Notes under the pieces: generated by a model
The model's database searches: none
Told to the model about the DNA's origin: nothing
Seen by the model: only the letters and a program-made list of their open reading frames with translations
Position numbers and translations under genes: made by a program
Source: a virus
Lineage: Duplodnaviria > Caudoviricetes
Length of the DNA stretch: 30,663 bases
Strand: one strand, 5' to 3'
IMG/VR virus record: IMGVR_UViG_3300025353_000016
Coordinates: 1 to 30,663 of that record
Shown: piece after piece, positions 9,175-17,300 of the stretch
Layout of the letters: each line of letters opens with the position of its first letter
How positions within the stretch are numbered: position 1 is the stretch's first letter

Positions 9175-9824
9175 TGAACAATTTGCTTGAGACAGGACGG
9201 CTAAACTTAGAAGGTGCGCTGAATGCCAGCGATCAGGCAACACAGCTTGCCAACCAGCTACAGGCGGCACGGGCTAATATGACGATGGCTAACCGCTCGG
9301 CAAAAGCACAGGCGCAAGGGCAGATGGCGGGTTCACTGGGCGCGTTGGGCATAGCGGCCTACCCGCAGATTTCCAGTTACCTTTCAGGAGCTGGAAAAGC
9401 GGCTTCGTTAGGTGCGCCTGGAAACGCCGCCGCAGTTTCTTCAATAACACCGGAAATGTCCACCTTGGCAAGCGGCGCACCTGCAACAAGCCTGTCCGGC
9501 ACAGTTGGTGGCTTGTCAGGCAGCGGTTCTGGTTTGTCAGGTGCAGGAATGGGGGTGATTGGTTCTTCCGGTACTGGCGCATTGGGCGCATCCGGTACAG
9601 CGGCGGCAACAGAATCATTGACACCGGAACTGGCATCGCTTGCGCCCGATGCAACCGTGGCAGGAGGCGAGGCATTGGGGGAAGGCGCATTGGCAACTGG
9701 AGGCGAAGCGGCTGGTGAAACTGGCTTGATGGCTTCAATGCCTGAACTTGGGGCGTTAGGGCCGATCGGCCTTGGCATAGGTGCGGCGGCGGCGATTGCC
9801 GGTTTGTGCGGATTGTTTAACTAG
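9174..9824 (+). CDS. Internal virion (ejection) protein 3, Gly/Ala-rich with hydrophobic segments (216 aa)
   Basis: TAATG coupling. The glycine-zipper-like stretches 'GQMAGSLGALGIAA' and 'ALGPIGLGIGAAAAIAGLCGLFN' are consistent with membrane-channel ejection proteins. Confidence 0.7.
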   Translation: MNNLLETGRLNLEGALNASDQATQLANQLQAARANMTMANRSAKAQAQGQMAGSLGALGIAAYPQISSYLSGAGKAASLGAPGNAAAVSSITPEMSTLASGAPATSLSGTVGGLSGSGSGLSGAGMGVIGSSGTGALGASGTAAATESLTPELASLAPDATVAGGEALGEGALATGGEAAGETGLMASMPELGALGPIGLGIGAAAAIAGLCGLFN

Positions 9825-9832
9825 GGGGATTT

Positions 9833-11335
9833 ATGTCATTTGCTGACGGGTTTGCACAAGGTTACGGCATGGTGAACGAAACCATGAAGGCCAAGCGTGA
9901 GGAAGAGGAACGGAAGGCGGCGGCGGAACGGCAGGACAAGCAGTTCCAGCAGACGTATGGCTTGCAGAACGCCACCTTGAACGAGGTTAAGTCACAACAT
10001 GCGGCGGAAAGCAAGTTTAAGCAAACTGAACTGGACACAAAAGATGCCAACGAGGATGCCGACAGGGCAATAAAAGATGCCACACAAAAGGCTGAAGCGC
10101 AATATAGGAATGGTATATTGTCCGTCGCCCAATCCAATGCCGCCAGTGAACAGGCAAGGGCAAATGCGGCAATAAATGCCTCTGAAGAAGCGGCAAAAAA
10201 TGCCAGATATGAAAGGGATCAAGCGGTAAAAAAACAAAAGATAGAAGAAGCAAACCAACGGCTGCAAAATTATTTTGATGACGGAAAATTTATTCCGCCA
10301 ACAAACAAACAAGGCTTAGACCAACTGCACAATGATTTGTTAACCGCCAAAAGCTTTAATTTATATGACGTTTACGATAACCCTGACAAATATCATTATG
10401 CCGCACAAACGCTGCAAGACACCCTAAAAAACTATCAGGGTGGCGACATAACAAGTAAAAACAATCCGCAAGCCATAGATGCGTTCAACACGATATTTAA
10501 GCACCATATAAATAATGGCGTGGATGGCAAAGAAGTGTTGGATAAAAAGGTTGAAGGCATTTTTCCGATAAATGACGGGCAGGGAAAACCTACTGGCAGG
10601 TTTGGCATTCATTTGGCAGTCACAAAACAAGGTGGAGCTATCGAGCCCGCCGTTATGACAACTGACAGGCATCCATTAAAACCGGACTACAGCAATATTG
10701 CTGCTTTTTCAGGCGATGATATTGCCAATGAGATCAACGGGCATACCGCATTGATTGATGAACTGAACAGCAACCCGCAGATAAGGTCGCATATCAGTTC
10801 TCTTATCAATCAGGGCAAAAAGCTTGAAAAAACAAATGAGTGGGTAAATGTAAAAATACCAGTTTATGACCAATATGGTAAAAAAGCAACAGATGCAGAT
10901 GGAAAGGAAGTTACACAAGAAGCACGGTTTAATCCAAGAACAAACCAAGTGGTTACTGCTGAACAGATTGCAGGCATGGCAAACCAACAAGAAACACAAA
11001 GCATGTTTAGCCGCACAAATGAAAAACCAGGCTTGAATGTTTTGACCAATAATAAACCTTCAGAAGAAGCCAATACTTTGCAAGAAGAAGCCCATCCTTA
11101 TCAAGACATTTGGGATGCGGCAAAAGGCTATGGCAAATCGGTAAAAGACAATCTTTTAGGAAAAGACAAACAAAAAATGTACATGGAACAGGCACAAGGG
11201 ATATATAACACTTATAACCAAAAAACTGAGCCTAATTTAGAAATTAAAAGAATAATGGATAGCAAGAAATATAATAAAGAAGAAAAACTTAAGTTATTAG
11301 CGGAATTAGTTCCTCGCCAACAAAAAAATCAATAA
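9833..11335 (+). CDS. Internal virion (ejection) protein 4 (500 aa)
   Basis: SD AGGGGG. 'MSFADGFAQGYG' N-terminus followed by a long charged coiled coil. It lies immediately before the giant protein. Confidence 0.7.
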   Translation: MSFADGFAQGYGMVNETMKAKREEEERKAAAERQDKQFQQTYGLQNATLNEVKSQHAAESKFKQTELDTKDANEDADRAIKDATQKAEAQYRNGILSVAQSNAASEQARANAAINASEEAAKNARYERDQAVKKQKIEEANQRLQNYFDDGKFIPPTNKQGLDQLHNDLLTAKSFNLYDVYDNPDKYHYAAQTLQDTLKNYQGGDITSKNNPQAIDAFNTIFKHHINNGVDGKEVLDKKVEGIFPINDGQGKPTGRFGIHLAVTKQGGAIEPAVMTTDRHPLKPDYSNIAAFSGDDIANEINGHTALIDELNSNPQIRSHISSLINQGKKLEKTNEWVNVKIPVYDQYGKKATDADGKEVTQEARFNPRTNQVVTAEQIAGMANQQETQSMFSRTNEKPGLNVLTNNKPSEEANTLQEEAHPYQDIWDAAKGYGKSVKDNLLGKDKQKMYMEQAQGIYNTYNQKTEPNLEIKRIMDSKKYNKEEKLKLLAELVPRQQKNQ

Positions 11336-11343
11336 ATTTAATA

Positions 11344-11357
11344 ATGTCGGGAGACAT
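11344..11357 (+). promoter_or_regulatory. GGGA-tetraloop hairpin containing the SD of the giant gene
   Basis: ATGTC-GGGA-GACAT, 5 nt before ATG 11363. The 13-mer TGTCGGGAGACAT recurs at 23368-23380. Confidence 0.6.
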
Positions 11358-11362
11358 AGAAA

Positions 11363-14300
11363 ATGGCCATAGACTTAAATTATGCCAGACAAATAAACCC
11401 TAGCCTTTCCGGAAAATCAGACGAAGAGCTGATGCAGGATGCCAGAAGGCGCGGCTATACGGGTGATTTTGTAGGTCTTAAGCCTGAAGAACCCAAACCG
11501 GAAGAAGCGGGGGATTTTAGGAGCTATGTTTCTATACCGATGCTTAAAGGGGTTTCCGATGCCAGCAGCTTGGCTAGCATGGGTCTTAATGCCTTGGGCG
11601 CAGATAAGGTGTCGCATTTATTAGAAGAGTCAAACCGCAGGGTTAATGACACATTGACGGCACGGCAATCGCAAGCCGCGCAAGAGGACGCGCAAAAAAC
11701 GATTGAGGACAAGGACGGGAATTATGGCGGTTACAACTTAGGCACTGCCATACAGGACATATCCGGATCAGTCCCAGGCATGGTGACTATGATGGCCCCG
11801 GGTTATGGTTTGGCGCATGTTGCCACTGGCATGGCAAAAGCGGCAAAGCTTGGCGAAGGCATAGCCAAGATAGCCAGTACGGGCGTGTTGGGCAAAGGCT
11901 TGGCTGAAGGCGTGGCAAGCCATATAAACCCAGCACACATAAGCACGGCGATAGGTTCGGCGGCGGGCTTTTCCGCGTCTGAAGGTATCTACTCGGGCGC
12001 AAGCAATGCCGCGCAAGTGCAGGATGAGATACGTCAAACGCCACTGGACAAGCTTGCCGAACATCCTATGTTCAAGGATGTTTACCATAACGAAACCGAC
12101 AAGAACCTGTCACCGGAAGAACGCCTTTACCAGACACGGGACATCTTGTCTAAAAAGGCCGCCAATGATGTGTTTGCCAAGACGGCAATACGCACGGGGC
12201 TTATCAGCATGGCGACTGGTGGAGGTGCAATGGGCCTGTTGCGTAACAGGGCCGTCAATGGTACAGAAGATGGTTTGTTGAAAACCATAGGCAAAGGCTT
12301 TGCCACAGAAGGATTACAGGAAGGCCTGCAATCGGCATGGGAACAGCGTGTGATGAACGAGGCGCGGCGCGATTATGCCAACCCCAACCAAGACGTGAAT
12401 GAAGGCGTGACCAATGCCGGCATACAGGGCGGTATTGCCGGTGGCGTGATGGGCGCGTCGATGGGTGGTGGTGCGCATTTGTTGCAGCCTAAGAAAACAG
12501 AAGATGCCGGAAAACAGGATGCCGATAATTCAGAAACGCCGCAAAATTCCCAGTCCGGCCATTACAAACCAGTTACGAAAGACACCATTGTTTTTGATGA
12601 CGGCTCACAGATAAATGCACATGAATTTTACCAAGACAGGCTGGCGGAACATGGCGATCCTGTAAAGGCAAAGCGTGAAATGTACATGGCTCTCAACGGC
12701 AATCCCAAGCCCGTGATAGGCATACCGAATTTGATAGCAACCGCTGATGGTACGTTGCATAACCGTAACGAGCTTATCAAAGGCTTTACGGAAAATGGCG
12801 CAAGCGAGCAGGACGGGCTGGACTTTGTTAAAAAAATAATTGAAATACCATTAAAAGAGCGCACCAATAAAATTATTCATGGCATGTATTTTAAAGCGCT
12901 GAACGACGCGCTTATGAAAATAACTTATGCCCCGTCAACATCAGAAAACAACACCAAAACAACTGAAAGCAATGCCGATCATGAAGCAACGCAACGCGCG
13001 AGAGAGAACGGCAAATTTATATTTAAAATAAATCAAGGAACATCAGAAAACAATGCCGAAACAACAAAACCAGCACCTGTTGCGGAAGCAGCTCAAGGAA
13101 GCGCTGGAGAACATAAAGATGCAACGGGAGGCCAAGCGGAATTCACGCCAACGCATGAGCTGAATGACGGGACGCCTGTCATCAAAACAGACGAAAACAC
13201 CTATGTTGACCAGCATGGTGAAGAGTGGAAAGCGGATGATGCGACACCGATTGAACCGGAAAAACCAAAATTGGTTAAGTTCAGGAACAAGGCCAACGGC
13301 ATGTTGGTGCATATCAGCCAAGACGAGTTGGACAGCGGCAAAGACAAGTTGAACGGATATAAGGCAAGGAATGGCGAGCCGTTAAAAATACCCGTGCGCC
13401 GCGAAGATTTAGTGCCTGAAGAAACCAATAACCCCTCTAACGAGGCCACCACAACCACGGAGAACACCGATGAAAAAGCAAAAAGCACCAGCGAAAGCGC
13501 CGATGCCAGCGAAGGGCAAAAAGGATCGCTGCTGATGGATGCCGCGCCGGTTCAGGCTGGCGCGGAAACCAAGCCTGTTGACGCACAAGCACAAGCCCTG
13601 TTTGACATATATTTGAAGGATGGCCCCAATACTGCACATGGATATTACAACAAGATCGTTAAAGAAAAAAAGCTGTCAAAAGCGGCGGCGGCAATATTGC
13701 ATGAAAAATTTGTTGATTTAGTTAACAAAAACAGAAAGGAGTATGAGCATAATGGCACACGCATTTATGACGATGCGCGGGGTATAAAGCATTATGTTGA
13801 GACAAGCGAAAATAGGGAAAGGCGTTTAAAAGGCGAGCATGGTATTGGTGGAGATGCTGTTTTTTTTAACCTTTATGAAGCAAGGAAATATGCAGACCAA
13901 CAAAATGCGGAAGAAGCGGAAGCATCCAAGCGCAAAAAAGAACAGGATAAAAAACAGGCGGAACAGGACAAAAAAGACGCTGAGAAAAAAGCCGAGATGC
14001 AGGACATCGACGGGTTTGGTGAAAACCTTAAGCCGCATGTCAAGGCTACCGTTGTAAAACGGCTTTCTGAGCGCATGAACATTGGCGGTGTAACCGACAC
14101 ACTAAAAAACCATGTAAAGCGATTGGTTGACAATGGCGCAACAACGCAAGTGCATGAAGAACACAAAATAAAAGACAAGTCACGCAATGAACGGAATCGC
14201 ATGACAAATGAGGAACAGGACGAGTTCAACAAGAAACAAAAATTAGCTGGCGTAAAACACAATTACACCGTAGGGGATATTAATCTGGGAAAAATAGCCT

Positions 14301-17300
14301 ATGACTATGCCAACCACCTGATAGCCAAAAAACAGGCTGAAACCAAGCCAGTTGACATAAAACCGGAAACCAAACCCAACAATGAGCCTGTCATTATGGG
14401 GCAAGACAAGCCACATGAGCTTACAGAAAAAGAAAAGTTGGATGCAGAACTGGATGATGTGCTTAGCGAACTTGGCGATTACTTTAGGGATTTGAACTCA
14501 TTTAAAGCCGTTCCTGAACATGATGATGTCAAGCTGTTCCCTATCATGGTTAAGCTGATAGATGTGGCGATCATGAAAGGTTATTACCAATTTAAGGATG
14601 CAGCAAAGTATGCGCTGGACATTATCCGCGCAAAGTTTGGCAATGACGCGGCTGATTCGATACAAATAGAGCAATTGCATGGTGCATATATTGCAGTCCA
14701 TAAAAAATATCTTGGATTGGGCGCAAATAAGCCCAGTGATGTTCTTGGCGTAGAACATATTGATGAAATCAATAAACATAAGGCTGTAAACCATAGCGAA
14801 AAACCTAAGCCAAAAGAAAATATAATTGAAAATAAGCCAGGATCATTGAATGAAAAAACAGGAAATGAAAAAAACAAAACAGAAACCACCGGAATCAATG
14901 ATGGCGATCACACTGGAAACACGCTATCAGAAAATAATATAGGCGAAATTATCAGGAAATTGGCTCATCCTATAGCCGAAACATTCATTGGCATGGGGCA
15001 TTTAAAAGCCAGTGAGATGTTGAATAGGCTGGCAAAGGAAAACCATTTGACGGGCGATGCCATAGAAAAATTAAAAGCGCGTGTCAATTATTTGGTGAAT
15101 ACGGAAAAATCCAAAATCATTGTTGGTAATCGTTTTGGGCTTCCTATTTTTGAAGGAAAAAATCTGGTTGCGTGGATAAATGGTTTTATAAACAAAGGGA
15201 ATATGTCGTTCCCGTCCGATGAAATCATAAAAATAGCAAGAAAGAAACGCCTGAAAGGAAAAACAAAGCTGTACCGTGTAAAAACCAACAATGAAAATGA
15301 TGGTCGATTGCAGTTATGGACAAAAAGCAAAGAACAAGCCGATGCTTGGGCGGAAAAGTCGAAAGGCGAAGTCATAGAAAAGACGTTTGTTCCAAGCCAG
15401 TCATTGTTAGATTATTCAAGGATTGACAAAAAACGAAATGAAGTCATTGTCATTTATGGTTCGGCAAAAAATTATATTAATGATGTTGGCAAGATAAACA
15501 CGGATGCCACTCACAACGTGGACGCAAATGACAGTAGCAAACTTGCAGCGAAAAATGCATTTGATAAGGATTCGGACATTGCTATGGGAATTCCAACATT
15601 CAAAGGCAACAAACGCACCATGTTAAGCATGGCTGTCAATGCACTGAATGCACTTGCCCATAGGCTGGACATTACCCATATTGATGATTGGTTTGGTGGC
15701 GGCGGCATGTGGAGTACGTCATTGGCGAACGCAGTGCTGCCCAACGTGAAAACCATCCGCATAGGCGATCTTAACCCGCTGCGCATCAAGCGCATCGAAT
15801 GGATGCATGAAAGGGGAGACAAGTTTTATGAGGATTTGAAGCGCACCGGCGCATTGGACGTGTACCGTAAACTGCTGGAAGAGTTCAGGCTCAACAAGGT
15901 CACGGTTAAGGAAGATGGTGTTGATGTGCAAAAGTCAAAACCCATCGTGTCGCCATCCGCATTGGCGGATATCGTTGACGCGCTGGAGGGTACGGGTAAG
16001 ATTATAAATGCTGCTAGCATTAGAGCATGGACATCAGGCGCGGACAAGTTATCCGAAGAAGGCAAAGTTTTACTATCGGCACTGGGCGACCTCGCCTTCA
16101 ACAACCGGCGCTTAAAAATACACGAACCCTCAAACATGGTGCTGCCAGACGGCACGGTTGCCGATCAGTTTTTGGCAAAAGTCATCACCGAAATGGCCGC
16201 AGCGCACAAACAGGCGCAAGTATTCAAAAAGCGTGGCGGAAGTTATGAATACCTGCCAGCCGCAAGCAGTTACGACACAGTCGCCAGCAAAGGCATTAAG
16301 GGCAAGCACGTGCTATCGTTGGTAGACCCCCCTTACTACAACACCACCGGCTACAAAGGAACGGACGATTTTTCCACGGGCGACAAATGGAACGCTGAAG
16401 GCTACCAAAAAACATATGATTTGCTGAAAACGCTCGTTGCCAACGAAAACCACATCCTCTACACTGACGAAGCCTGGTGGCGAAAAACCGATCAATTGGG
16501 CGATGTGCAACAGGCAAACGGTATCCTTAAAAACATCAATGACTTAATCAGCCATCTAAAGGTGGCCCCTAACAAAATAGGCGATCGATATGAGCAACTT
16601 GGAATCCATGACCCCAACACCGGAAGGCGCAGCAATGATGGCGGCAATAGCGGCGAAGTTTACGCAAGAGGAGGCTCTAAAGGAACTGACGGACAACGAA
16701 ATGAACATAGTGTACTTCATTCCGAAGGAACACTGGCCGGACGGACTGGAAGCGAAAGTGGAAGCCCTGCTGAATCGGTAGAAAATAAAGGGGGGCAAAG
16801 CGATGTCTTTAACCCCCTGTTCAGCAAGTCTCAAAAAGTGGCGAACCCGCACGGCACGGCAAGCTTGCGTGAGGCTTTGTCACGCGCGATGGACAGGGTG
16901 TTTGGTGCGGGTTGGTTCGGCAGGCTGGAGGCGACGGGCAAGTTTAAGGTTATCAGCCGTGCTGATGCGGTAAAACTTATCGGAAATCATATTAAGCCGA
17001 GTTTTGCTGGCGAATCGGCTATTGGCGCGGACACAAAAGCGTTAGAAAAAGCCAAGGCATTGTTGGCGCAAGGTTTAAGCCGTGATGCCATACATGATGA
17101 GACGGGTTGGTTTTATGGTGCTGACAAGCAGTGGCGTTATGAGATAGGGGATGAGGGCGCGTCATTAAAAATGCCTATTGACCAGTTGGAAGAGTCTAAG
17201 AATTTTCAACCAGATATTCCTTATCGGTTGGGTGATGTTGTCGATCACCCCAAGCTGTTTTCCGCTTACCCACATTTGGCGGACATTCCTTTGGTAAAAC

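Noticed and set aside
13164-13352. 62-aa +1-frame ORF inside the giant gene
   Set aside because: It overlaps a region where the main frame looks domain-like. Its composition is typical off-frame R/S/T/W, and it has no SD.
15504-15626. 40-aa +1-frame ORF before the MTase
   Set aside because: It has no SD and runs into the conserved MTase motif X, so it is not counted among the nested candidates.
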